From an uncultured Eubacteriales bacterium (GTDB taxonomy: Bacteria; Acidobacteriota; Aminicenantia; Aminicenantales; Aminicenantaceae), in contig CAYWDH010000010.1 in assembly GCA_964456985.1 (NCBI GenBank), forward strand, positions 850 to 64,849: a stretch of 64,000 nt of DNA, given 5' to 3'. The notes under the pieces were generated by a model. It was not told where the DNA came from. It saw nothing but the letters and a program-made list of their open reading frames with translations, and did no database searches. Numbering within the stretch: the first letter of the stretch is position 1; each line of letters begins with the position of its first letter. The position numbers and the translations under genes were made by a program. Below, one piece after another: positions 8,801-18,689 of the stretch.

Positions 8801-11506
8801 ATGCATAACATAGATTTTCAAAAATTAGATATGGTTGTATCTAAAAATCCGCTTCTTACTAATTATGGAAAAGGTCGAATATTAAAGATTAAGAATGGCA
8901 TGGCTAAGGTAGAGTACATTCCTCATGTTTTTAGCAGTCCACCATACTTTGCTCACACAAAACTATTAAAGCTGGAAGAAACAAAAAGAATTCCTTCACC
9001 AATTGAACTTTTAGAGGATCACCAAATTGAAGAGACGTGGAAATTTGATTTGCGTCAGATGGCAGCGAGATTTCTTACTGCAAATAAAGGAGGACAGCTC
9101 TCAAACACACGTACAGAATTACTGCCTCATCAGATTTTTACTGCTTATGAAGTGGTGAAAAGTCAAAGAAGAAGATTTTTACTAGCTGATGAAGTGGGTT
9201 TAGGTAAAACCATAGAGGCTGGAATTATATGGCAGGCACTTTTTCAAAGGGGAGTTGCCAGCCGGACTCTTATTATTTCTCCAGCTGGTTTAACGTTGCA
9301 GTGGCAGGAAGAAATGCAAGAGAAATTCGGGGCATTTTTTGAGATATTTAATCGCGATTTTTATACCATAAATCCCCGTATTTGGGATTTAAAAACGACG
9401 GCCATTGCTTCGATTGATACTTTGAAGCGTACAGAACACAAAAATAAATTATTAGAAAACCGAAAATGGGATTTAATTATTTTTGACGAAGCTCACAAAC
9501 TCAGTGCAAGAGAATATGGAACGAAGTTAGATAAGACGGAAAATTTCAAATTAGCTGAGGATCTCAAAAACTATACAAATGCTTTAATTTTAATAACAGC
9601 AACACCCCATCAGGGAGAAGACAATCATTCTCGGTTTATAAACATGGTAGAGTTATTAGATAAAAATATTGATTTTAGTGCTTTAGCTTATAAGGATTTG
9701 CCATTATTTCACACGGTAGCTGAATCAAATAGCACGCCATATTTTGAATATATACTTCGGACTCCAAAATCAGCAGTTACCGATGCTTCTGGCCATAAGG
9801 TTTTTAAAGGAAGGCAAACTCATAAATATGCTTTCAATATGTTTCCCGATGAAAAGATATTTTATCAGGCTGTAACAGATTATATTACAAGAGGATATTC
9901 ATACTTAGAAAGGATTGCAGATAAACAGAAACGTTTGGCTCTAGGATTTGTGCTTTCAACCTTTCAAAAGATTGCTGCAAGTAGCACAATAGCAATTAAG
10001 GATTCACTTAGAAGGCGGAAAATGTTTCTTGAAAACAAAAGAGTTATTATTCAAGAAGAAAGTCTGTTTGAAGATGATAGATTTATAGGAGAATATGAGG
10101 AATCACAAGTTGCATTCAAATATGATGAGCAATTCATTAAAAGCGAAATCAAAAAAATTGATTCCCTTTTAGATATGAACGTAGTTAATGATGTAAAGTC
10201 AGTTGAGATAATAAAGTTTATAAAGTCAATATTAAGGAAGATAAAAAACGAAAAAGATAAAAAGATTGTTATTTTCACTGAATATTTAGCTACCCAGAAT
10301 AATTTAATTAATATTTTAGAAAAAGAGTTCGGCAATGGATGTGTGACTTATATAAATGGAAGTCTTAATGTTGATAAAAGAAGACTAAATAGATATAAAT
10401 TCAGGGATGATAACAACATTCACTTTCTTGTATCCACTGAATCAGGTGGTGAAGGGATAAATCTTCAGTTTTCCCACATTTTGTTTAATTACGATTTACC
10501 TTGGAATCCTATGAGAATAGAACAAAGAATTGGACGTATATATAGATATGGCCAGGATAAAGTTGTGCAAATATATAATTTTAGAACCAAAGAAACAATA
10601 GAAGATAAGATCTATAAATATATAGAAGCGAAAATCGAACGATCAGCAAAAGCATTATCTAAAGTTACTGGGGAGGATGTTGAAGATATTGTCTCTACGA
10701 TGTATGGAGAGATGGAAAATGAAATTGATTATAATGAAATATACAAAAGATCTTTAGTTGAAGGAGACATTAAAGAATCTAAAGATGAGATTGACAGAGG
10801 TATTGCAAGAGCCAAGAGAGCTTATGAGTTAGCAAAAGAGAAACTATTCAAAGAAGCGTCCTCATATAATTTCGATAATTATGAAAAACATTTAAAGACC
10901 GAACTGTCTCTTCAGGATTTGGAGTCATTTGTAAAAAGGTATTTAAAAATTAGGCGAAAACAAGTATTTGAGTCGGATGGAGTATATTCTTTTATTACTC
11001 CAAATGAATTAGAGGATGATTCGATTGAAAAAAAATATAAAAAAGTAACTTTTAGCAGGAAAAAAGCTATTGATCATCCAGAATTGGAATTTTTTGCTAT
11101 AGGACATCCATTCATTGATAAAGTGATGTCCCTTTGTGGTTCTATAGAGTTTGGTGGATATGTAACCTCAAGATTATTGCATAATGAAAATTATAAAGGA
11201 GTAAAGGGTATTCAATTTAATTATATAGTGCGCAATAGAATACAGCGGCAGGAAGAGGAAGAATTTCTTTTTGATATGTATACCATATTTATAGATAAAG
11301 ATTATCGGATAAATGATGAGATCGCATATTTATGTCAGCGTAATTATTCTTTAAATGAAAACGACAGTCTTGAACATAAGATTGATATTGATGTTCAAAA
11401 AGCAGAAAATATCGCAAAAGAATATCTTCAACAAAAAATAAAAAAAATATGGGATTGGGAAGAGGATGTAGAATTATTAAATATCGCTTTAGTTTATATT
11501 GAGTGA
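8801..11506 (+). CDS. SNF2-family helicase/translocase
   Basis: The motifs are ADEVGLGKTIEAG (I), IIFDEAHKL (II), LITATPHQG (III), STESGGEGINLQ (V) and QRIGRIYRYGQ (VI). The C-terminal ~300 aa is uncharacterised. Confidence 0.9.
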   Translation: MHNIDFQKLDMVVSKNPLLTNYGKGRILKIKNGMAKVEYIPHVFSSPPYFAHTKLLKLEETKRIPSPIELLEDHQIEETWKFDLRQMAARFLTANKGGQLSNTRTELLPHQIFTAYEVVKSQRRRFLLADEVGLGKTIEAGIIWQALFQRGVASRTLIISPAGLTLQWQEEMQEKFGAFFEIFNRDFYTINPRIWDLKTTAIASIDTLKRTEHKNKLLENRKWDLIIFDEAHKLSAREYGTKLDKTENFKLAEDLKNYTNALILITATPHQGEDNHSRFINMVELLDKNIDFSALAYKDLPLFHTVAESNSTPYFEYILRTPKSAVTDASGHKVFKGRQTHKYAFNMFPDEKIFYQAVTDYITRGYSYLERIADKQKRLALGFVLSTFQKIAASSTIAIKDSLRRRKMFLENKRVIIQEESLFEDDRFIGEYEESQVAFKYDEQFIKSEIKKIDSLLDMNVVNDVKSVEIIKFIKSILRKIKNEKDKKIVIFTEYLATQNNLINILEKEFGNGCVTYINGSLNVDKRRLNRYKFRDDNNIHFLVSTESGGEGINLQFSHILFNYDLPWNPMRIEQRIGRIYRYGQDKVVQIYNFRTKETIEDKIYKYIEAKIERSAKALSKVTGEDVEDIVSTMYGEMENEIDYNEIYKRSLVEGDIKESKDEIDRGIARAKRAYELAKEKLFKEASSYNFDNYEKHLKTELSLQDLESFVKRYLKIRRKQVFESDGVYSFITPNELEDDSIEKKYKKVTFSRKKAIDHPELEFFAIGHPFIDKVMSLCGSIEFGGYVTSRLLHNENYKGVKGIQFNYIVRNRIQRQEEEEFLFDMYTIFIDKDYRINDEIAYLCQRNYSLNENDSLEHKIDIDVQKAENIAKEYLQQKIKKIWDWEEDVELLNIALVYIE

Positions 11507-11570
11507 TTATTTGTTTGATGATTACTTGTCTAGCCCATATGATATATTTTTGACTATTCTTTTATGAAAG

Positions 11571-12563
11571 GTGACCAAAATGAAAAAAAATATGTGGATG
11601 GTAAGAGCTGGAGAAGGGGGATATCTTTTCCAGGATTTCAAAGAGAACAATTTAGTCGCTATAGGTTGGGGAAAAATTGGCAATTTAAAAGAAATCAAAG
11701 GAGTTTCTGAGATAAAAAAGCGACTAAAAGAATCTTATACTGACCGAAAAGCAGGTTGGATTGTAATGAGTGCTAGTCAGGTAAACAAGTTCAGGTTTGA
11801 TTTCAAAAAGGAAGACTATGTCATTACGTATGATTCTCAGGAAAGGAAATATTGGATCGGGGAAATAACTGGAGATTATGAATACCACGAAAAAATAATA
11901 GAAAAATATCCTAATTTAAGAAAAGTAAGGTGGGAAAAAGAGATAGACAGAGACAAACTTTCTGTCTCTACAAAGAATACATTAGGAGCCATATCAACGA
12001 TTTTTTATATAGGGGATGATGCAAGGAAGGAAATTTTAGACTTTCTCAAGGGAAAAGAAATCACTGATGAGTCTGCTGAAGAAACAGAAGATTTATTAAA
12101 AGAGGATATGAAACAAAAGGCCCATGAGTTTATTAAGGATAAGGTTGCTAAACTCGATTGGTCTGATATGGAACGACTGGTGGCAGGGATTTTAAGGGCT
12201 ATGGGATATAAAACAAGAATATCACCTCAAGGTCCGGATAGAGGCAGGGATATTGAGGCATCCCCTGATGGGCTAGGACTTGTTGATCCCAGGATAATTG
12301 TAGAGGTAAAAGACAAATCCGGACAGATGGGAAGAAGCGAAATAACAAGTTTTACAGGTGGATTAAGGCCTGGACATAAGGGAATCTATGTGAGTACTGG
12401 TGGATTTTCGAGAGATGCAAAATATGAAGCTGAAAGAGCCAATATTCCCATTACATTGATTGATCTGGATGGCCTTATTAGTCTGATTGTCCAATATTAT
12501 GATTCTTTTGATTCTGAAACCAAAACTTTAATTCCTCTAACAAAAATATATTGGCCTGAGTAG
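11571..12563 (+). CDS. Mrr-like restriction endonuclease with an N-terminal reader-like domain
   Basis: The C-terminal Mrr_cat pattern is GPDRGRDIEA...IIVEVKDKSG...IYVSTGGFSRDA. The N-terminal MWMVRAGEGGYLFQDF...VAIGW...RKVRW domain is common in Mrr-type enzymes. Confidence 0.8.
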   Translation: MTKMKKNMWMVRAGEGGYLFQDFKENNLVAIGWGKIGNLKEIKGVSEIKKRLKESYTDRKAGWIVMSASQVNKFRFDFKKEDYVITYDSQERKYWIGEITGDYEYHEKIIEKYPNLRKVRWEKEIDRDKLSVSTKNTLGAISTIFYIGDDARKEILDFLKGKEITDESAEETEDLLKEDMKQKAHEFIKDKVAKLDWSDMERLVAGILRAMGYKTRISPQGPDRGRDIEASPDGLGLVDPRIIVEVKDKSGQMGRSEITSFTGGLRPGHKGIYVSTGGFSRDAKYEAERANIPITLIDLDGLISLIVQYYDSFDSETKTLIPLTKIYWPE

Positions 12564-12611
12564 TTCCCAAATTTTTTAGGGAATATATATTGTTGATTTT
12601 TTTAGGAAATT

Positions 12612-13520
12612 TTATGTACTAACCGAGATATGACCTGAATTTATCTTTATGTCCCCAGTAACACAGAATTTTCCAACTGGGCAATCTCCTTCTCGTGGGC
12701 ATATTAGGTCTTTTCTTTTTCTGCAGCCATATTTAGATAGATGCCAAAGCGGTTCGTCTAATTGTAATGTATAAGTAAGGTCTTCATCATTTAATTGATG
12801 AATAGCCTCTCTCCAAACTTCATTTATAAGAGAGGAGATTCTGTTATTTCTACTGCCATTGTATTCACCTATTAACGCCCCTGTTCTAAAGCTAGATCTG
12901 GCAACGTGTACATCAACTGGCAATGGTACTTTGTCCAGATTTTTCAGATTAATATTTAAATTGTCTTTAAGCATTCTTATCCATAAAGGATAGATTTTGT
13001 TTCCTGTAAAGCTTGGAAAATTTTTCTTAAAAGTATAATCAAATTTTTTACTGTAAATTATAGATGCATCAGAGCTCGCCTCTTTTACAATGTTCAGAGG
13101 ATCATCTTCATAGATTTTATTTAATGATTCTGCTACTTTAAACCAAATATTAGAATCTTTAGTGGGCCTTTGTGATAATTTATGCTTCTGCATAGCCTTT
13201 TTTACATCTTCAATATTATGCTTAACAACTTCTTTTGGGAAAAAGAGCCATTTCGTTGGTTCATCATTAAAAGTTATTCTCCCAGATTCCCATAATCTAT
13301 TAGCATTTCTCATGTAATCTATAGAAACAACCATTGTTATGAACATTAAGTATTCATATTTGGATGCTCCGGGTACTTCTGATCCCCATTTAATTGTATC
13401 TGGTTTTACATCTTCGGGCATATTGTTATGACCAAAAATTCCTTCTTTAGAATTAAATTTAGAATGAAGTATTTTTGCAACCTGCTTGGCCTTATTTATG
13501 TCTTTATTTAGATTAAACAT
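12612..13520 (-). CDS. HhH-GPD-like (endonuclease III-like) protein with a C-terminal Cys cluster; candidate DNA glycosylase
   Basis: LPVDVHVARSSFRTG parallels the EndoIII VDTHIFRV block. LDEPLWHLSKYGC and C-X6-C-X5-C (CPREGDCPVGKFC) parallel the Fe-S cluster loop. The call rests on motif-level similarity only. Confidence 0.55.
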   Translation of the reverse strand: MFNLNKDINKAKQVAKILHSKFNSKEGIFGHNNMPEDVKPDTIKWGSEVPGASKYEYLMFITMVVSIDYMRNANRLWESGRITFNDEPTKWLFFPKEVVKHNIEDVKKAMQKHKLSQRPTKDSNIWFKVAESLNKIYEDDPLNIVKEASSDASIIYSKKFDYTFKKNFPSFTGNKIYPLWIRMLKDNLNINLKNLDKVPLPVDVHVARSSFRTGALIGEYNGSRNNRISSLINEVWREAIHQLNDEDLTYTLQLDEPLWHLSKYGCRKRKDLICPREGDCPVGKFCVTGDIKINSGHISVST

Positions 13521-13995
13521 TTTTATTTATGTCAAGTATTGGGCTTTTGCTTGAATCATTTAATATATTTTTAGAAATTTCTCCCTTTTGTATTAATCTG
13601 ATCACTTCTGGGAGTAGCCCTATATCTCCTTGAAAAGAAAAACCTATAGAGACAAAGTTGATTTTTGCCTTTTTACAAGATTCTTGAATGCAATATAAAT
13701 AATTGCGATTGGCACCCCCTTTAAAGAAGACTACCCAATTATATCCTGAATTTTTTAATTTATCTGCGATAATAGGAACGAATTGTTTTGCTTTTTCCTT
13801 AGTCATGATTTCATTGTAGGGGGCGATAATCTTCTCTGCAGGTAAGAGTTCATGTTTTGCACTTAAAATATACATATCACAATCATTTTTTCTATTGTAG
13901 ACGGCTTTTATTCGTGCTGATTTATATAGTTTATAGGCTTGAGTGGGGGAGTTGTGTTTTTTGTTTCCGCAAGCAGTTACCAATGCTATTTTCAT
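13513..13995 (-). CDS. Small alpha/beta protein, DUF6884-like pattern
   Basis: LVTACGNKK...AYKLYKS...YILSAKHELLPAEKIIAPYNEIM fits my recollection of the DUF6884 signature (CSxxK, LY, ILSAKhGLl, PYd). Its stop overlaps the downstream HhH-GPD-like start by 8 nt. Confidence 0.5.
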   Translation of the reverse strand: MKIALVTACGNKKHNSPTQAYKLYKSARIKAVYNRKNDCDMYILSAKHELLPAEKIIAPYNEIMTKEKAKQFVPIIADKLKNSGYNWVVFFKGGANRNYLYCIQESCKKAKINFVSIGFSFQGDIGLLPEVIRLIQKGEISKNILNDSSKSPILDINKNV

Positions 13996-14132
13996 TTTAT
14001 ATGTTTTTATTAAGTATTTATTCCGTTTTGTATACTATGAATTAATTATCTCTTTTGAATGTTGCTGATATAATTTAAGGATTTTATTAATCTTTTTGAG
14101 ATATTTCCAAGTATAATAAATTTGACTTAATG

Positions 14133-15164
14133 TTACTCTCTTTTTTTGAAATGAGGTTCGGATTCAGAAGAACCTATAAAATAAAAATAATGATGCATTA
14201 CTCGAGCAAGTCTAGAAATAAACATAAGAGCAGAATAGACCCTATTACCCAACTCATATTCGTTGGTATCTTTTTTTACTATGTTTTCCCCAAATATCGT
14301 AGTTGCTTCTGTTTTATCTATAACAAAACCATGGTCTTTGTATGAATAGACAAGGTCTTTTGCAATTGTAGTTGGTTTTTGTTTTAAATTAGATGAATGT
14401 GCTTTTAGGAGGCGCTCTGCATATTGAACAGCTGATTCTGCTACACGCTCAAAATATCCTAGATGAATAGGCTTTAAGGACATATTCAAGTATTTAGCAA
14501 ACATATCTGAGGCATGAGGATAGTGTTTAACTAGATCAGCAATGTGCTCAATAGAAGCCTTAAGCCCTAGTGCTGGAAGATTATCGATTTGGGGATCAAT
14601 AGGACCAAGTTCACTGAGACTTCCCATGTGTATTTCATCTGCAGCACAGCAGATTAGTGTTGCACCAGACTTGGCCTGGCGAGGTACGACTACAATAAAT
14701 TTCCCACATGAATATTCACGACATAACTTACCAATCAGATATGCTGAGTCTATAAATCCACCGCTTGAGTAAAGCACAAGTAGGATTGGATTCCTTTCGG
14801 AGAAAGAGGTTGCTGCTGAGTAAATGTGGTCTGCATCACTTTTAACCATTCGTCCTTCATCATGGAGTATGAGGATGTTGTATTTATTTGCTATTGTGCT
14901 CTGATTGATCTGGTATTTTATATAGTCTTGAATAAGTTTATCGCGCTTCTTCGCAGAATCGGAAGGGGCATCGGGACTCAGTGATGTGAAAAGAGTATCC
15001 ACAAGTAGGTTAATATTATATTTTTTCTTATTTTTATCTTTACTAGTGGTTGCTGACTGTGGTGATGGTGTAGGTTCAACATTAGGAGTCCTTTTATTTT
15101 TGGGTTTTGGTTCAGCTGCTTTTTTTTGTTTGGTGCTTTTTTTCTTAGTTGCTTTACTAGGCAT
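14133..15164 (-). CDS. SDH-family ClpP-fold serine protease with a Lys/Pro-rich N-terminal tail
   Basis: PILLVLYSSGGFIDSAY...VVVPRQAKSGATLICCAADEIHMG..SELGPIDPQ matches the serine dehydrogenase proteinase (SDH_sah) pattern. The first ~45 aa are KKKSTKQKKAAEPKPKNKR... Confidence 0.8.
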   Translation of the reverse strand: MPSKATKKKSTKQKKAAEPKPKNKRTPNVEPTPSPQSATTSKDKNKKKYNINLLVDTLFTSLSPDAPSDSAKKRDKLIQDYIKYQINQSTIANKYNILILHDEGRMVKSDADHIYSAATSFSERNPILLVLYSSGGFIDSAYLIGKLCREYSCGKFIVVVPRQAKSGATLICCAADEIHMGSLSELGPIDPQIDNLPALGLKASIEHIADLVKHYPHASDMFAKYLNMSLKPIHLGYFERVAESAVQYAERLLKAHSSNLKQKPTTIAKDLVYSYKDHGFVIDKTEATTIFGENIVKKDTNEYELGNRVYSALMFISRLARVMHHYFYFIGSSESEPHFKKRE

Positions 15165-15491
15165 ATATTATCCTCTTAATTTTAGAAAAATCATGCAGAT
15201 TTTTATGGAATACCGTATTGTTTTTTCTTGTTATATAATTCTGAATATAAACATGAAATAATGTAATTAATATAATAAATTTTTTTATCATTATCCTTTT
15301 GCGTTTAATGCTTTTAACTGTAATATTGTCTTCAACATAAATATTAACAAAATAAACAACACTATTCAAGAAAAAAGTATATTAGATGAAGAATATCATT
15401 TGTATATATGTATTTTTTTATTAACAGGAAGCAAGTTTAAATAAGATTTCTCAATTGATGCTTTAAAAAACATATTAAATAAAATTATATA

Positions 15492-16409
15492 TTAACAATC
15501 TCTAAATTTGATTATTTTTATTATATCTCTACCGGTTTCGTCTTCAATATTTATATATATTTTTTTTACGGAATTTTCGCTATCTTTTGATATTGTAAAA
15601 AAACATGTATACAGTCCATCCTCAGTTAAAGGAATAACTGAATGTAATTTTCTTTTATTGTCTAATAAATTTATGAATGGCATCTCTCTATTTTCTTCTT
15701 TATAGATTTCATTCTCTCCTTTGTAAATTTTAAGACTTTCATTATTAACATTCCATTTTTTATTGAATATTTCAATTTTTATAGCTTTTGTTTTTTCTTC
15801 TTTTATTAAAAGTCTTATATAGAGAAAAAAATTGTTGTTTTCTTTTTTACAAGTTATCCAAACATTACTAAAGATATGTGGAAGAAAGTTATATACAATG
15901 AATATTGAAACAATACCTATACCTAAAACTACAGCAAGAAATAACAAATTTACAGCTCGTTCTCCCATTATTAATTTTGGAATATTAGAGAATATTAATA
16001 TAGAAGCCATTACACTAGTAAGGACAACAATTCCAAATGATGCGAGTAATGATCGAGGATTAGGTCTTGAAAGTGGAAGGTATTCTCTAATCCTCCTAAA
16101 AAATTCAAAAATAGATATTATCAAAAGTATAAATCCAAATATTCTAAGAAAATTAATAGATAGATCTTTTAGAAAATAAACAAAGTTGTTTAAGCAATTT
16201 AAGTTTAAAATTAATTCATTCATACTGAAAGTAACTACCCACATAATAGTTATAAACATTAATATAATTAGGAAATAAGAAAATATTTTTTCTATAAATG
16301 AAAGAGCAAATTTAATACCTAAATCTCTACCTTCATAAGCGCAAATAGAAATATATATAATTGCTATTACTCCAAAAATAACTAAAGAAATAGTAGTGAT
16401 AGAAATCAT
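15492..16409 (-). CDS. Multi-pass membrane protein with a C-terminal soluble domain
   Basis: It has about six hydrophobic segments followed by a ~110-aa soluble tail. Its start overlaps the stop of the upstream B12-rSAM gene (ATGA-type, 4 nt). Confidence 0.6.
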   Translation of the reverse strand: MISITTISLVIFGVIAIIYISICAYEGRDLGIKFALSFIEKIFSYFLIILMFITIMWVVTFSMNELILNLNCLNNFVYFLKDLSINFLRIFGFILLIISIFEFFRRIREYLPLSRPNPRSLLASFGIVVLTSVMASILIFSNIPKLIMGERAVNLLFLAVVLGIGIVSIFIVYNFLPHIFSNVWITCKKENNNFFLYIRLLIKEEKTKAIKIEIFNKKWNVNNESLKIYKGENEIYKEENREMPFINLLDNKRKLHSVIPLTEDGLYTCFFTISKDSENSVKKIYINIEDETGRDIIKIIKFRDC

Positions 16410-17809
16410 AACTTTATTTCCTTTCCTAAAGATGTTTCTAATTCGTATTCTAAAGTTGTTCTTATCTGTTTATTAGAATATTTTTTTTCAATTTCTAAAC
16501 ATAGAGTAACTAATTTCCTTCCTTTTTGCCCTCTATGAAAAGGGAAAAAATCACTTTTTTCATTTAACCAGTCATTTATATTGTATTTCTTCTCCTTTAA
16601 ACATTGTTTAAATAGAGCAGTATTAGGGTGAACATGCACAGGATTGCATGTAACTTCGTCTGGATTAATAATACTTAATAGGTTCAAAGTGTCATCTAAT
16701 TCATCTTCAGTTTCGCCTGGATATCCTAATATTATCCAAATACCAATATTTATCTTATTTTTTTTTATTATTTTACAAATATCAATAATTTCATCGTTAG
16801 TCATTCTAATATTTTTATTCATTGCATCTCTTATTTTCTCTGAACCAGATTCAAGTCCAAAATATATTTTTTTACCACCTGCTTCTGAATAATTCTTAAT
16901 TAAGTTTTCATCGATACAATCAAATCTTGTGTGCATATAAAGACTTAAACTAGAATTTAATTTTTTTATTTCTTTAAATATATCGATTGCCCTTTGTTTG
17001 TTATAAGTAAGTGTATCATCTTGGAAACGTAAATTTTTAATATGATACTTATTTAACAGGAATTTAATTTCTTCTGAAACTCTTTTTGGTTCTTGAAAAC
17101 GATATTTTTCCCAAAGTTGAGGAGAATAACAAAAATTACAGCGATAAGGGCATCCTCTTGTTGTTATCAAAGAGATAGTATTTATATTGCCAAAATTAAA
17201 AATTTCTTGATATTGAGGATATTCAGTAAAAGGTATAATGTCAGTATTATTTAACTCATTATTATTTAAATTACGTCTTGGATTTGTCTTTATTATTTCC
17301 CCTCTTTTGTTTCTGAGGACTATGCCTTCTATTTGTTCTAGTGATTGATTAGTATCTATTGAATTAATTATTTGTAATAAAGTTATTTCTCCTTCCCCAA
17401 TAACGAGTATATCAAATATATTTGAATATCTTTCTAAAAACATTTCTTGCATGATCGAAATATGTGGTCCTCCTCCAATGATAAGAATTTTAGAGTCAAA
17501 ATTTTTAATCTCTTTTGCTATTCTTATTCCATAATTACGTGTGGGGGAAGTTAAACTTATTCCTACACAATCGATATTATTTTCCTTTTCTAAAATTAGC
17601 CTTGTACTTTTAATTAAATTAATTTTTTCAGAGAACTTATTTTTTAGATATGCAAAAAATGAGTCAAGAACCAAAACCTCATGGCCTATATTTCTCAGAA
17701 TAGAAGCAAGTAAATTTATTCCAAAGACTGGATTGGAAGAATTAATTTTAGAAATTTGCCTCTTTCCTATATTCCTATTAAAGTCTGCTTCAATTAATAA
17801 TATTTTCAT
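16406..17809 (-). CDS. B12-binding-domain radical SAM protein
   Basis: It has an N-terminal Rossmann-like B12 domain (MKILLIEADF..., ILIIGGGPH) and a radical-SAM cluster, TTRGCPYRCNFCYSP. The start was set at the Met preceded by an AGGAGG RBS, not the ORF-track start at 17890. Confidence 0.85.
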   Translation of the reverse strand: MKILLIEADFNRNIGKRQISKINSSNPVFGINLLASILRNIGHEVLVLDSFFAYLKNKFSEKINLIKSTRLILEKENNIDCVGISLTSPTRNYGIRIAKEIKNFDSKILIIGGGPHISIMQEMFLERYSNIFDILVIGEGEITLLQIINSIDTNQSLEQIEGIVLRNKRGEIIKTNPRRNLNNNELNNTDIIPFTEYPQYQEIFNFGNINTISLITTRGCPYRCNFCYSPQLWEKYRFQEPKRVSEEIKFLLNKYHIKNLRFQDDTLTYNKQRAIDIFKEIKKLNSSLSLYMHTRFDCIDENLIKNYSEAGGKKIYFGLESGSEKIRDAMNKNIRMTNDEIIDICKIIKKNKINIGIWIILGYPGETEDELDDTLNLLSIINPDEVTCNPVHVHPNTALFKQCLKEKKYNINDWLNEKSDFFPFHRGQKGRKLVTLCLEIEKKYSNKQIRTTLEYELETSLGKEIKL

Positions 17810-17816
17810 ATATTTT

Positions 17817-18683
17817 TTACCAAGCCCTCCTAGATTGAAGAATTTTAATTTTAATATTAATCCTTTCTGCCATATAAATTGCAAGTTCAAGCATTTTAGA
17901 AATTCTTGTTCTTCTTACTGCTCTATTAACTGGAGGATAATCGATGCTATAAAGGTGAATTTCTATAGGATTTATAATTTTTAAAATTTCAATGTAATCG
18001 AAATTTTTTAGAGAGTTGAAGTTCTTGATGCCTGAAGAAAGAACAGCAGATGAAATTTTAATATTTCTTATTTTACTAAGATCGTTAACAATTTTTTTAA
18101 ATGAGATATTTCTATCAGGTTGATTTATATATTTAAATGTATTCTCATCAGAAACATCAAGTTTAAAAATTTTTTCATCAAATTTATCTATTGTCTTTAA
18201 AACTTTAGTATTAGCTAACATACTTCCATTTGAAAATAGTGCCAATGGCTTATTTGGAAAATATTTGTCACGTAATATCCTCGTATAATAAAATATTTCA
18301 GAGAACATTGGATGAAAGGTTGGTTCGCCATTGCCTGCAAAGGTTATATAATCTAAATGTGTTTTTTTTAAGGCATGAAATTCAAATGATGATATCAATT
18401 TTTTCTTAATTTTATAAATATCAAACTTATTAACTTCTCTGCTCAATGTATTTTTTTTGCCCCCACAATCACAGTATAAGCAGTTAAAATTACAAACTTT
18501 CTTTTCAAAGGGAAATAGATTTATTCCCAAGGAGTAGCCCAATCGTCTAGAAAGAACAGGGCCATAAACAACCATATTTTTACAGTTCCATATGAAATTT
18601 TTATAATCAACTTCTCTTTTGTAATTTATAAGGGATATTTTCCCTTTTATTATATTTTCAATGGTTTCTATCTTTTCATTCAT
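17817..18683 (-). CDS. Radical SAM protein (COG0731-like pattern)
   Basis: GPVLSRRLGYSLGINLFPFEKKVCNFNCLYCDCGG contains CxxxCxxC with the conserved GPV.SRRLG.SLGI lead-in. Confidence 0.8.
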   Translation of the reverse strand: MNEKIETIENIIKGKISLINYKREVDYKNFIWNCKNMVVYGPVLSRRLGYSLGINLFPFEKKVCNFNCLYCDCGGKKNTLSREVNKFDIYKIKKKLISSFEFHALKKTHLDYITFAGNGEPTFHPMFSEIFYYTRILRDKYFPNKPLALFSNGSMLANTKVLKTIDKFDEKIFKLDVSDENTFKYINQPDRNISFKKIVNDLSKIRNIKISSAVLSSGIKNFNSLKNFDYIEILKIINPIEIHLYSIDYPPVNRAVRRTRISKMLELAIYMAERINIKIKILQSRRAW

Positions 18684-18689
18684 AAAATA

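Noticed and set aside
5497-11506. The methylase plus SNF2 pair might be a complete BREX or DISARM system.
   Set aside because: No PglZ, BrxC or BrxL (BREX) was recognised anywhere in the window. No DrmA, DrmB/DUF1998 or PLD nuclease (DISARM) was recognised either. Only a partial resemblance to DrmMI and DrmD remains.
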